From Eledone cirrhosa (lineage: Eukaryota), in contig OZ024743.1 of assembly GCA_964016885.1 (NCBI GenBank), positions 331,328,001 through 331,392,000 on the forward strand: a stretch of 64,000 bases of DNA, written 5' to 3'. This document shows positions 14,701 through 27,514 of this stretch, in pieces; positions within the stretch are counted from its first letter, which is position 1, and each line of letters begins with the position of its first letter. The notes under the pieces are model-generated. The model made no database searches. It saw only the letters and a program-made list of their open reading frames with translations, and was not told the DNA's origin. The position numbers and the translations under genes are program-made.

Positions 14701-15443
14701 TTGTTGCTTCTGTCACAACCCAAGAACCACTACCAATAATGTGGGATGCCACATATTGTAACACATTCTCTACCACCAGCCTTGTTGCTTCTGTCACAAC
14801 CCAGGAACCACTACCAATAATGTGGGATGCCACATATTGTAACACATTCTCTACCACCAGCCTTGTTGCTTCTGTCACAACCCAGGAACCACTACCAATA
14901 ATGTGGGATGCCACATATTGTAACACATTCTCTACCACCAGCCTTGTTGCTTCTGTCACAACCCAGGAACCACTACCAATAATGTGGGATGCCACATATT
15001 GTAACACATTCTCTACCACCAGCCTTGTTGCTTCTGTCACAACCCAAGAACCACTACCAATAATGTGGGATGCCACATATTGTAACACATTCTCTACCAC
15101 CAGCCTTGTTGCTTCTGTCACAACCCAGGAACCACTACCAATAATGTGGGATGCCACATATTGTAACACATTCTCTACCACCAGCCTTGTTGCTTCTGTC
15201 ACAACCCAGGAACCACTACCAATAATGTGGGATGCCACATATTGTAACACATTCTCTACCACCAGCTTTGTTGCTTCTGTCACAACCCAAGAACCACTAC
15301 CAATAATGTGGGATGCCACATATTGTAACACATTCTCTACCACCAGCTTTGTTGCTTCTGTCACAACCCAAGAACCACTACCAATAATGTGGGATACCAC
15401 ATGAGACATGTTCTCTACCACCAGCCTTGTTGCTTCTGTCACA
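5799..15443. repeat. 81-bp tandem satellite/VNTR, ~119 copies, very homogeneous
   Basis: Unit acccaRgaaccactaccaataatgtgggatgccacatattgtaacacattctctaccaccagccttgttgcttctgtcaca. Degenerate terminal copy at ~15400-15470. Confidence 0.98.
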
Positions 15444-16038
15444 AAAATAGGAATGGTCAGCAATAATGTGGAGAAGAAGATAGCCTAAATACAAAGGATT
15501 AACAGGTCACTTCCTTTGTGTGCCAGTCATTGTCAAGTTCTTTGGTGTCTGCGGTCCTCAAAATCAGGAGGAGCACATCCCACCTGAGGAAGGTACCCTT
15601 TCAAGCAGAGTGGAGATGCAGTGTGTGTAGCTGGCTGTTCCCCATGGCACAGCTGAGATATATCACCTAGAGTGGGATGTAGAGTCTGTTACTCCCTTTC
15701 CCCTTTAAATGTTTTCATCTATTTTTATGTTGTTTTTTTTTTCATTGAAAACAATTTTTTTTAATAAGCAAACTTAGATGTATTGTAAATTTCCATCCAT
15801 ACACATACTCTCTCACACATATGCACACATAAAAACTACATACATACACATGGTCTCTTTCTCACACACACACATATATAAATACCCATATACGCACACA
15901 CACATACATATAAATATGCACACATACACACATACACACATGGTCTCTCACATATACATACACATATTTTTATATATATAATTTTATAAATACATAATAT
16001 ATTTATACACACACACACACATATATATATACAAACAG

Positions 16039-16070
<32 letters not shown>

Positions 16071-16272
16071 TATACATATATATATATATACACTCACATG
16101 CAATAAGAAATATATTTTTTAAAATTTAATGTTATTGATATGGGGAAAAACTACAAACATTGTTTACTGTTCTCTGATGGTTAACATATACGTATATATA
16201 CACTACAACTGTCACTCACAATCAACTATGACTTAGTAATATATACAATACATTCACTAAAGGTTTTAGGTG

Positions 16273-16733
16273 TTAACCCTTTCATGATCGTATTTCTAAT
16301 GGAATATACTTTATTCCAATTAATTAATGTAGAATTTTGAGGTATTTACTAAAATTACTAATCATTTCATTCCTAAGATACTAACTTAACCTTTTCATGA
16401 CCGTATTTCTAATGAAATATACACTTTTCCAATTAATTAATGAAGAATTTTGGGGTATTTACTAAAATTACAAATTATTTCATAACTAAAATAATAACTC
16501 TGCCCTTTCATGACCGCATTTCTAATGAAATAGTCTATTTCTATTAATTGAAGAATTTTGAGGGATTTACTAAAATTACTAATTACCTCATTACTAAGAT
16601 AGTAACTTAATGTAAGGTTCATATATAAAATTATGTTGGAAGATCTTAATTTAAATTGGAAACCTTTAAAATGGGTGGTTTTATGTCATAGAACTAGAGC
16701 CAGTTTTGGCTGCGTTGGTAACTAAAGAGTTAA
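16273..16733. mobile_element. piggyBac-like MITE with a triplicated ~113-bp left end
   Basis: Starts ttaaccctttcatg and ends taaagagttaa. The left segment repeats at 16273, 16386 and ~16500. Paralog at 63817-64000. Confidence 0.6.
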
Positions 16734-16857
16734 TTCAGTCAGTGATACCCTTTCAATTTTCCCTCTAGTGATGCAGCAGAGCATTGTAACAGCTGGAAAA
16801 AGAGAGGCCTAGAACTAATATCTAAGGCTTTAAAAACTATGCCAATATTGTGTGTGT

Positions 16858-17135
16858 GTCATCATCATCATTTAACGTCTATCTTCCACGCTAGCTTGGG
16901 TCTAGACGGCAATTGTCCCACTTGAGGCAAGATTGGTTGGATGACCATGTCTCGCTCGTATAGGAGACTGTCTGACAGGTTTTCTACAGCTGGATGCCCT
17001 TCCTAACACCAACCACATTTACAGTGTGGACTGGGAGGTTTATACCGTGTTACCTACACGGCCACATTGCAGCATTGACTGTGTGTTTTTTTGTTGTGAC
17101 ACCTACACGACCTCATTTATTTAGGACTGGATGTT
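16858..17135 (-). mobile_element. SINE 3' part with RTE-type tail and (GAT)n end
   Basis: Reverse complement of cacactgtaaatgtggttggtgttaggaagggcatccagctgtagaaa...gctagcgtggaagatagacgttaaatgatgatg. Confidence 0.75.
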
Positions 17136-17924
17136 GTGGTACCAACAAAACATATATATATAAGCAAAAGGGATAGTTAATTTGTTGGCAATTCAACAAA
17201 TATAAATGTTTATAACTGATTCAAAGCACTCGACAAGTTTTCTGGAGTATAATATTCAATGATATTAAATAAATGGGAAACTATATTTATATTTATATAT
17301 TAAAATATTTATATATTAAAATATGGTTTTATAAATATAGTTTCCTTTTATTTAATATAATTGTGTATATATATATATATATATAATTACAAGAAACGAA
17401 GTGGGATGTGTGGTTACTGTAAACAAAGTTTAAGATAGTAATATGGACAAAACAAGAGAAGAACCCCGTGATCAGCTGTTAACTGCAGATCATAAATGCT
17501 TCGGCGCTTAAAACAGGACATTGAAAGCGATCAGCGGTGCACCCAAGCCCTTTTATCGATCAAAAGACCCTGAAGGGAAAAGAAAAAATAGTGAAGAAAG
17601 AGGAAGAAAGAGGAAGAAACGGAGTAAACAAACCGAATGGAGGGAGAGGGGGCACAGGACAATGGAACATGCAAGTGAGTAACCGAGGAGAAAATAGAGA
17701 AAGTTACAACGAACCGATTAGACTTGAGTCTTGTGGTGCAATAACTGGGAGCAATGTAGTTCTGTGTGATCTCAGTAGAGTGAGAGTAGAGAGAGAGATA
17801 GACGGAACATATATATACGCAGCGACTGATGGCAACTTCTTTTTCTATCTTTAAGGATTTCACACACACACACACATATATAGTGTACACTCTGAATTGT
17901 GGATTTGTATTTACATGCCGGCAC

Positions 17925-18245
17925 CCCACAGGAACAAGCCGAAGCTGAAGCATATAGACAATATTCCCCCACCCCCACTGCAAAGTGGTCGTGGAGGTGC
18001 CACAGCAAAAAAACACCCAGCCCACACTGTAAAGTGGACGTATAGGCGCCATGGAAAAAAAGCATCCAGCACTCACTGTAAATGAGGTTGGTGTTAGGAA
18101 GGGCATCCAGCTGTAGAAATCAAGGAAGAATCAGTTCCTGTATGAGCAAGACAAGGTCAGCCAACTGGACACTGCCCACACAGGACAACCCGTCTAACCC
18201 ATGCTAGCGTGGAAGAACGGACATAAAACGATGATGATGATGATG
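17925..18245 (+). mobile_element. SINE with internal ~47-bp repeats and RTE-type tail
   Basis: Same family as 16858, 20875, 28545, 32965, 41258 and 51400. Ends ccatgctagcgtggaagaacggacataaaacgatgatgatg. Confidence 0.75.
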
Positions 18246-18716
18246 TGATTTCTTTAAATTCATAGAGTGAGTGGATAGCAGCTGTGTTATACATAATCTA
18301 AACATATAACTTATACTTAATTTATATATATATATATATATAACAACTAGAAATTGATTAACATATAAATAAACATATGAAACAATCACAGAGGATTAAT
18401 TGGTGAAATATATTTCTTTAATGGAATATATACAGGGAAGATTAATCATATTATAAGGTATCTATTTTTGAAGTTCTAGTTCACTTTATTTAGTTACCTA
18501 CCTAGCTATGTGTGCTTACACACTTGTAAAAATTATCCCCTCTGATTGTTTCATATGTTTATTTATATGTTAATCAATTTCTAGTTGTTATAAAATACTC
18601 GGACCTATTCATTAGAATCTTGGAGCTTATTTTACGGGTGATATGGCGCATGCCTTTCTGGCATGACACCCATAATTTTGATTTAGATTAAATTCACTTT
18701 GATTTATCTTAATTTT

Positions 18717-18788
<72 letters not shown>

Positions 18789-19235
18789 CTGACAACGAAA
18801 CTAGTTCAATGTTCCTTGTCTGGCTTTCTGGAGAATAGAGGAGAGGTGTTTCCTCAAAAACCAGTATGACTCTAAAAACCGGTTTGTCTGTGTGTTTACA
18901 TACAGAATAGCTGGCCACTCACAGTAAAGTGACCAGTGAAAAAACTTGGTACACCTACATATGTATACGTGTGTGTATTCATATACATACTAGTATTTCA
19001 GTATACATATATGGATGTACATCTTTAACTTAATTGTTTAAGCGTCAGTCATACAAAAGTGAGTTACAAACGAAACGAAATTTAATTTCGTTTCGTTATT
19101 TGTTTTTATCGTCTCCGTTGAACCGGTACTTACTCACACTCTATGCAAATTAGTCTGCCCACTACTAATTTTCATAGAAAAAGCATATAACGATATGTGC
19201 TTTTACGATTCTCTAGAGAGGCCGGAAGATAGGTA

Positions 19236-19280
19236 AATATTGCTGATGAGTTGTAACAACAACGAAACTAGTTCAATATT
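19236..19280 (+). ncRNA. Type I hammerhead ribozyme (copy 1)
   Basis: aatattg-CTGATGA-gttgt(aaca)acaac-GAA-ACTAGT-T-caatatt: 7-bp stem I, 5-bp stem II, palindromic minimal stem III, predicted GUU cleavage after 19273. Confidence 0.9.
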
Positions 19281-19702
19281 CCTTGTCTGGCTTTCTGGAG
19301 AATAGAGGAGAGGTGTTTCCTCAAAAACCAGTATGACTCTAAAAACCGGTTTGTCTGTGTGTTTACATACAGAATAGCTGGCCACTCACAGTAAAGTGAC
19401 CAGTGAAAAAACTTGGTACACCTACATATGTATACGTGTGTGTATTCATATACATACTAGTATTTCAGTATACATATATGGATGTACATCTTTAACTTAA
19501 TTGTTTAAGCGTCAGTCATACAAAAGTGAGTTACAAACGAAACGAAATTTAATTTCGTTTCGTTATTTGTTTTTATCGTCTCCGTTGAACCGGTACTTAC
19601 TCACACTCTATGCAAATTAGTCTGCCCACTACTAATTTTCATAGAAAAAGCATATAACGATATGTGCTTTTACGATTCTCTAGAGAGGCCGGAAGATAGG
19701 TA

Positions 19703-19747
19703 AATATTGCTGATGAGTTGTAACAACAACGAAACTAGTTCAATGTT
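19703..19747 (+). ncRNA. Type I hammerhead ribozyme (copy 2)
   Basis: As copy 1, but the stem I 3' strand is caatgtt (U-G wobble). Confidence 0.9.
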
Positions 19748-20169
19748 CCTTGTCTGGCTTTCTGGAGAATAGAGGAGAGGTGTTTCCTCAAAAACCAGTA
19801 TGACTCTAAAAACCGGTTTGTCTGTGTGTTTACATACAGAATAGCTGGCCACTCACAGTAAAGTGACCAGTGAAAAAACTTGGTACACCTACATATGTAT
19901 ACGTGTGTGTATTCATATACATACTAGTATTTCAGTATACATATATGGATGTACATCTTTAACTTAATTGTTTAAGCGTCAGTCATACAAAAGTGAGTTA
20001 CAAACGAAACGAAATTTAATTTCGTTTCGTTATTTGTTTTTATCGTCTCCGTTGAACCGGTACTTACTCACACTCTATGCAAATTAGTCTGCCCACTACT
20101 AATTTTCATAGAAAAAGCATATAACGATATGTGCTTTTACGATTCTCTAGAGAGGCCGGAAGATAGGTA

Positions 20170-20214
20170 AATATTGCTGATGAGTTGTAACAACAACGAA
20201 ACTAGTTCAATATT
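20170..20214 (+). ncRNA. Type I hammerhead ribozyme (copy 3)
   Basis: Identical to copy 1. Confidence 0.9.
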
Positions 20215-20433
20215 CCTTGTCTGGCTTTCTGGAGAATAGAGGAGAGGTGTTTCCTCAAAAACCAGTATGACTCTAAAAACCGGTTTGTCTGTGTGTTTAC
20301 ATACAGAATAGCTGGCCACTCACAGTAAAGTGACCAGTGAAAAAACTTGGTACACCTACATATGTATACGTGTGTGTATTCATATACATACTAGTATTTC
20401 AGTATACATATATGGATGTACATCTTTAACTTA

Positions 20434-20476
<43 letters not shown>

Positions 20477-20552
20477 CGAAAGAAATGTGGTAAGGAACCA
20501 GATGGACCATAATGCACTAAAGTACTCAATACTTAGGGTAGTAGAGTGGGTA

Positions 20553-20687
20553 ATAGGAACAAGTATGACCGCGACGGCAGAGCTGAAGCCGTTTTGACAG
20601 CTAATTCTGGACTAAAACCTTTTTTTAGTCCAGAATTAGCCATCGAAACGGCTTGAGCTCTGCCGTCGGGGTCATACTTGTTCCTAT
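20553..20687. repeat. Fold-back inverted repeat (~65-bp arms); related copy at 21391-21513
   Basis: ataggaacaagtatgacc...ggactaaaa / ttttagtcc...ggtcatacttgttcctat. Confidence 0.85.
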
Positions 20688-20874
20688 ATATATATATATA
20701 TATATAAAATATATAAGATCAAAAGATGGTTAAATGAGTTCCATGTATTTTATTATGCGCATTTCAAAAACAAATATCATCATGCAATAACATTTGTGTT
20801 TTCATCAGATAAAATAGGAGGACATGATATGAAGGTTAAAAAACACTTGTGGATAGTGCAGTTTTAAATCAACA

Positions 20875-21123
20875 TATATGTCACGACAAAAAAACACACA
20901 GTCCACGCTGTAATGTGGCCGTGTAGGCAACACGGTAAAAACCTCCCAGACCCACACTGTAAATGTGGTTGGTGTTAGGAAGGGCATCCAACTGTAGAAA
21001 ACCTGCCAGACAGTCCTATGCGAGCAAGACAATCACTCTTGCCTCAAGTGGGACTACCCCCGTCCAAACCCATGCAAGCGTGGAACACGGACGTTAAACG
21101 TTGATGATGATGATGATGATGAT
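20875..21123 (+). mobile_element. SINE 3' part with RTE-type tail
   Basis: Near-identical reverse-complement copy at 32965-33210. (GAT)n tail. Confidence 0.8.
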
Positions 21124-21989
21124 ATATATATATATATAGATATAGATATTATGTCACAAGTTTCTGTAGACTAGATACAGGAAAAAGAATACACTATTTT
21201 AAGTACAGAGCTAAAGTATATTATTATAAATAAATTCTCAACACAGGCTACCTAAGGTTTCAAAGCTTACTCTGACATAGGTCTAGCAGATATACTGTTT
21301 CTAAGAACAATGCTAGAGTAGGCTTTGAAACCATAGGAAGCATGCAATTGTATTAAGAGTTTATTTATAATATTGATATATATATATATGGGAAAAGAGT
21401 CAGGACCCCGATGGCTGAGCTCCGGTTTGGATCTAGCTGTTGAAACGGCCAGAATTCAGCCTTCAGGGTCCTGACTCTTTTCCTATTACCAACTCTACTA
21501 CCCTAAGTATTGATTATTCATCATCATCATCGTCATTTAACATCCACCTTCCATGCTAGCATGGATTATATATATATCCTCATCATCATCATCATCATCG
21601 TTTAACGTCCATCTTCCATGCTAGCATTGGTTAGACGGGAGTTGTCCCACTTGAGGCAAGGTTGGTCGGGTGACCGTGTCTCACTAATATAGGACTATCT
21701 GGCAGGTTTTATACAGCTGGAAGCCTTTCCTAACACCAACCACATTTACAGTGTGGATATATATATACATATATATACACACACACATACATATACACAC
21801 ATACTTGCAGAAATACCACCCTCCAAGTAGTTTTCTACTTATATAGTACTTATGCAGACAGTTGCACAAAAATTCGTTTTTTATTATTATAGATAATACC
21901 AGTAACACACTAGGGTTAGTTTAATCAACATTACCCTCCTCCGAAATTGTTGGCATTGTGCCTAAATCAGAAACCATTATTATAAATAT

Positions 21990-22400
21990 AGGGTAGAGTA
22001 TAGATAGAGGGTCGGACGCTATGCTTTCTAGCATAGTTACGTTTCTTTACGGTCTGAGTTCAAATCCCGTCGAGGTTAACTTTGCCTTTCATCCTTACGG
22101 GGTCAATAAAATAAAGTACCAGTAATGTCCTGAGTAATTGCTGAACTCGTGCCAAAATTAGAAACAATTATTATAAATATAGGGCAGTGGATTAGCAGTA
22201 TCGGTAAAGCATCGGACAACATCTTTTGCAGCATAGAGTTAAGTCCCTTTAGATTCTAACCCAAATCTCATTGAAGTTAGCTTTGCCTTTCATCAGGCTC
22301 GATAAAATAAAGTAGCAGTAATGCACTGGGATCGATTTAATCAACTTTTCCTTCCCCCAAAACTGCTGGCATTGTACCTAAATCACAAACCATTATATAT
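21990..22400 (+). mobile_element. Two head-to-tail copies of a tRNA-derived SINE (Meta/MESC-like central domain)
   Basis: gagttcaaatccc B-box, then ctttgcctttcatccttacggggtcgataaaataaagtaccagt. Domain assignment is from recalled similarity only. Confidence 0.7.
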
Positions 22401-22429
22401 ATATAAGTATATATGTGTGTGTGTGTGTG

Positions 22430-22462
<33 letters not shown>

Positions 22463-23212
22463 GTGTGTGTGTACATATATATATATGTATGTATGTATGT
22501 GTGTGTATATAAATACATATATGTATGTGTGTGTGTATATATATAAATATATACATATGTATGTGTATGTGTATATATATATATATACACACTGCATCAT
22601 CATTATTATCATCAACATTACTGTGGTTTTTATGCCCATTATTCCTCCAGATTATTATCTAAATTCTAACCAAACATCAAAAATGATTTACTGATATACA
22701 TACAGTGTATTTGTGTATGTGTATGTATGTGGGGTGGGTCTGTCTCCTCACCCTACCTATTCCAGGCTAAAATCCATAACATCCATCACTTGCTCCTCAT
22801 TCTCATCTATTTTGTAATATATCAATTTAGTTATAGATATATAACTAAATAAACACACACACACACACACACAAATATATATATACATGCACACTTATAT
22901 ATACATATGTACACATCTTTAGTATTGATGGCCACAGCAATGAGTACTGAATGCCGTAGTAGAAATTAATGTTTTGTTTATCAAACCAAGTTATATATAT
23001 ATATATAAATATAGATTTTGAGTTTATGTTGCTACCACTGAAATATATATAGCAGTAATAAACGAAGCTAAATTTTAATCATTTGACTTTTATTTAACTT
23101 TATTTTATATATAAATATATATATATGTGTCTATATATATGTATCTGTTTATGTCTTTATATGTATGTATGCACCAACATGAGCTTACATACATGTACAT
23201 GTATATATATAA

Positions 23213-23461
<249 letters not shown>

Positions 23462-24189
23462 AATATACATAGATGCATACATACATACAATTCTATATGC
23501 ATGTACATACACATATGAATATACATGTACATGTATGTAAGCTCATGTTGGTGCATACATACATATAAAGACAAACAGATACATATATATACACACACAT
23601 ATGTTCATCATTTCTTGAAAGACACTATATTTCCTGTCTCTAAACAGTAAACACATAAGGCATGTCAACCCAGCTATAAAGCATTACCTCTTCTACCAAG
23701 GTTTCATCACCATTTCTTCTCAAAATATCTCATTGCTTTAGGATTTTCTAAATTTTACTTTCACAATTGTCAAAGGAACACTAACAACAAGGAAGCCATA
23801 CTTAGATTTAAATACAAAATCATCCTTGTTTTAACCCTTGCATAACAATATTTGTTGAGACTAGTTATAGGGAGTTACATAACTGCTATCAATTCACTAT
23901 CATCATCATTGTTTAACATCCATTTTCCACACTTGCATAGGTTAGATGGGTTGTCACATTATGAGACAAGTCAGGTCAGGAGACCATATCTTGCTCTCAT
24001 ATGGATTTGAATGTTGGTTTGGTTTCAATGGCTGAATGCCCTTCCTAACACCAACTACAATACAGTGTGGATTGGTACCAATATCATCATGGTTCATTTC
24101 ACCCTTAGAAACAATGGTAAAAAAAAACAATAGATTAATTAAGACCTGAATCTTGTCTTTTTGTTGTCATTGTGAAACACTGCATTTCA

Positions 24190-24672
24190 TTTAACCCTTT
24201 TGATATAAAACTAACTGAAGCTGGCTTTAGTTTTATACTAAGCTGTTTATTTTAAAGAGTTTATATTTATCAAAAAAAACTTCCACTATAATTTTATATA
24301 AAATCTTTTAACCCTTTAGCATTTAAACCGGCCATATCCGGCCAGAATTCTCTCACCTCTTTCTGTTCAAACCAGCTGTAACTAGCCACTCATACTTATG
24401 TTAAGGTATTGTTCTAAAATAAATAATATAAAAATCTCAGATTCGATATTATGTGAGATAAAGCCTTTATTGTGAAAATAAAATAGTAGATATAACAGTA
24501 TATATAGAGCAATGTAAATGCTAAAGGGTTATGGTAGGTTTCAAACACCAGCTTAAAAATAAAAAAAGTTAGTTACATTACTAAATCTCTATAAATTCTT
24601 GATTATTTTCAAAATGATTTGAAAATCATAGGCAGTGTTTTTTATTATAAATATGGTAACAGAAGTGTTAAT
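24190..24672. mobile_element. Nested piggyBac-like MITEs (inner element 24309-24531)
   Basis: Inner TIRs ttaaccctttagcattta / taaatgctaaagggtta. Outer ends ttaacccttt...agtgttaa. Confidence 0.6.
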
Positions 24673-25129
24673 TAATGAAGGATATAATAGGATTTACTAA
24701 ATTAATTATTTCCTTTCTATATTTATAACATATCATTGGTTTATTTAAATTTAAATAGGAATCCTTTAAAGTGGTTTTGTTTCACAGAACCAAAAACAGT
24801 TTTAAGCCGGATTTATATCAAAAGGTTTAAACTAGAGTTTTCTTGGAGGTGGCTTCAAATCCAACAGAGGTCCACTTGACCTTTCATTATTTTGGTGTCA
24901 GTACCAGTAATGTACTGACTGGTTAATTGATGGCCTTGTGTAAAAAGTATAAACAATTATTTTGGTGTCAATACAGGAAGTACAAACCTAATCTGAGTTA
25001 ATCCTACTCTACTAATTGTTAAATCCCAGGTGTTTCCCTACATCAATGAACAGGGGAGAAATTATCTATGTCTGCACCATGGCTTCACAGACACCTAAAA
25101 CCACCAGAGAAAGTATGGTATATACTAAT

Positions 25130-25395
25130 TATCAAGTCATACTTCACTTACAAGACTTGGTTCAATCGATGGCCATGGTAAAAAGACTTGCCCAAGATGT
25201 TATTCTATGGTGCATATTAACTATTAAATTATATATTCGTCACTTACAAGATTTAATTCAATCTAGGGCTATGGTAAAAAACTTGCCCAAGATGTCATTC
25301 TATGGTACATACTAACTAATAAACCATCCTTTACTTACAAGAGTTAGTTCAACCTAAGGCTATAGTAAAGAGACTTGCTCAAGGTACTATGTTGT
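25130..25395. repeat. Diverged ~97-bp tandem repeat x ~3
   Basis: cacttacaaga...tatggtaaaa.acttgcccaagatg repeated. Confidence 0.75.
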
Positions 25396-26039
25396 GGGAC
25401 CAAACATACAACCTGATGATTATGAAGCAATCTTCTTAACTATTTGGCCACATTGCATTAAACACGATTCTAAAGTTACTGTAAATGGTAAACGGTAAAT
25501 ATATAAGAGAATCTAGTTTAGTTTGTCCCAATTCTGTTTGTATTCTCTTGCACTAATATTGACTTAACCTTTCAACCCAACAAGTTCAATGAAACAATAC
25601 AAAGTTTGATTGATTTCATTGAATAAATCAATTATCCTACACAATAACTGTGACATCTTTTTTACACCAAACAATTTTATTCTGCCATCAAAAGAAACCA
25701 TTATTATTTGGAGAGAGATGGAATCAAGAAATCTATAGTGTTCTTCTCTCTGCTCCTACTTGTGGAACTGAGAAAATCAATGTCACCATAAGGGACTCTA
25801 AAGTGGACCCTCAGGCTGCTTCAACACTATTTTAGGAATTATTAATAGGCCTTTTCTTTTCTATTTTCTTGGACTTTTCCTTTCTCTCAAACCCCTCTAT
25901 TACCTTTTCTCTCTCTCCCCTCCCCATCGAAAGCTGATCAAAGCCAGTTATTTAAAGACACAAGGGAAAGAGCTAAGTAGGTTGTTGTTTTTTTTTTTAT
26001 TCAATACTTTACTTGTTCAATGAATAAATCAGCAGCTTT

Positions 26040-26400
<361 letters not shown>

Positions 26401-26477
26401 GTTTAAGGGAAGAATGAAGAAAAGGTGTGTTGTAGAAAGGAAAAGAAAGTAGTGGGCTGTGGGGGTGTCAAGATTAC

Positions 26478-27100
26478 TGAAACATGCTTTCCAGCAGTTA
26501 TGTCCCTTTACGATCTGAGTTCAAATCCAGCCGAGTTTAGCTTTGCCTTTCATCCTTATGGAGGTCGATAAGATAAAGTATCAGTAATACACTGGGGTTG
26601 ATTTAATCAACTTTCCCCTCCCCCAAAATTGCTAGCCTTGTGTCTATATAAGAAACCATTATTATTATTAATTTTGGACATATTATTATTACTATTATTA
26701 TTATGGCAGTGGATTGGCAGTATCGGTAGAGGGTCGGACGCCATGCTTTGCAGCAAAGAGTTACGGTCCTTTATGGTCTGAGTTCAAATCCCGCCAAGGT
26801 TAACTTTGCCTTTCATCCTTACGGGGTTGATAAAATAAAGTACCAGTAATACACTGGGATAATTGCTGGCCTTGTGCCAAAAGTAGAAACAATTATTACC
26901 ATTATAAAGGGTGGTGGATTGGTAGAGCATTGGACACTATGTTTTGCAGTATATAGTAACAGTCCGTTACATTTTCTAAATTCAACTCTTGCCGAGGTTA
27001 GCTTTGTCATTCATCCTTATGGGGTCAATAAAATAAAGTACCGGTAATGCACTGGGATCAATTGTTGGCCTTGTGCCTAAATCAGAAACCATTATTATTA
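26478..27100 (+). mobile_element. Three head-to-tail copies of the Meta/MESC-like SINE
   Basis: Same consensus as 21990. Further copies at 29067-29255 and 42408-42595 (+), and ~37740-38140, 43435-43650, 50820-51193 and 52270-52600 (-). Confidence 0.7.
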
Positions 27101-27514
27101 TTATCAATGTTAGACAAAGGGGTAGTGGACTAAGAAAGGGGTGTGGGACAAAGGAGTAGTGGGATGATGAAAGACTAAGCTGACATCAGTGAGATTTGAA
27201 CTGAGAACGGACGGCCACACATGTTGTTTACATTCTAATGAAATAGCTTTTTCTGGGCCTTTCTTTATTGGTGAAAAAATATGTGTGTTTATATGTGTGT
27301 TTATATATACACATTGTGTGTTTGTGTTTAAAAAATGAAAATAAGACAGAAATCAGAGGTAGGTAGTTAATTAGTTCATTGGTTTACAATCGTTTCAGAG
27401 GACATATTGATCGTGGAAGATGGAAGTTTCAACTAACATGGTAGGAGTTATATTACTATCTATTTCTAGTCTCAAAATTCCTATCCGATCAATCGTCTTC
27501 TTCACAAACTCTCA

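Larger units (their letters stand above)
18792..20438 (+). mobile_element. Non-LTR retrozyme-like array: 467-bp monomer x ~3.5, one hammerhead per monomer
   Basis: Near-identical 467-bp period, flanked by (TA)n on both sides, no meaningful ORF, intact hammerhead cores. Confidence 0.85.

Noticed and set aside
5811-15404. Dozens of plus-strand ORFs (MWDATYCNTFSTTSLVASVTTQEPLPI)n
   Set aside because: Translations of the satellite, with recurrent TAG/TGA in this frame.
15515-15667. Possible minus-strand terminal exon (DISQLCHGEQPATH...DFEDRRHQRT*)
   Set aside because: Acceptor is plausible, but the peptide is unrecognised and has no supporting evidence.
18709-20319. Repeated 60-aa minus ORFs (MASYSVCKH...)
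   Set aside because: Non-ATG start, short, and antisense to the ribozyme. No recognisable domain.
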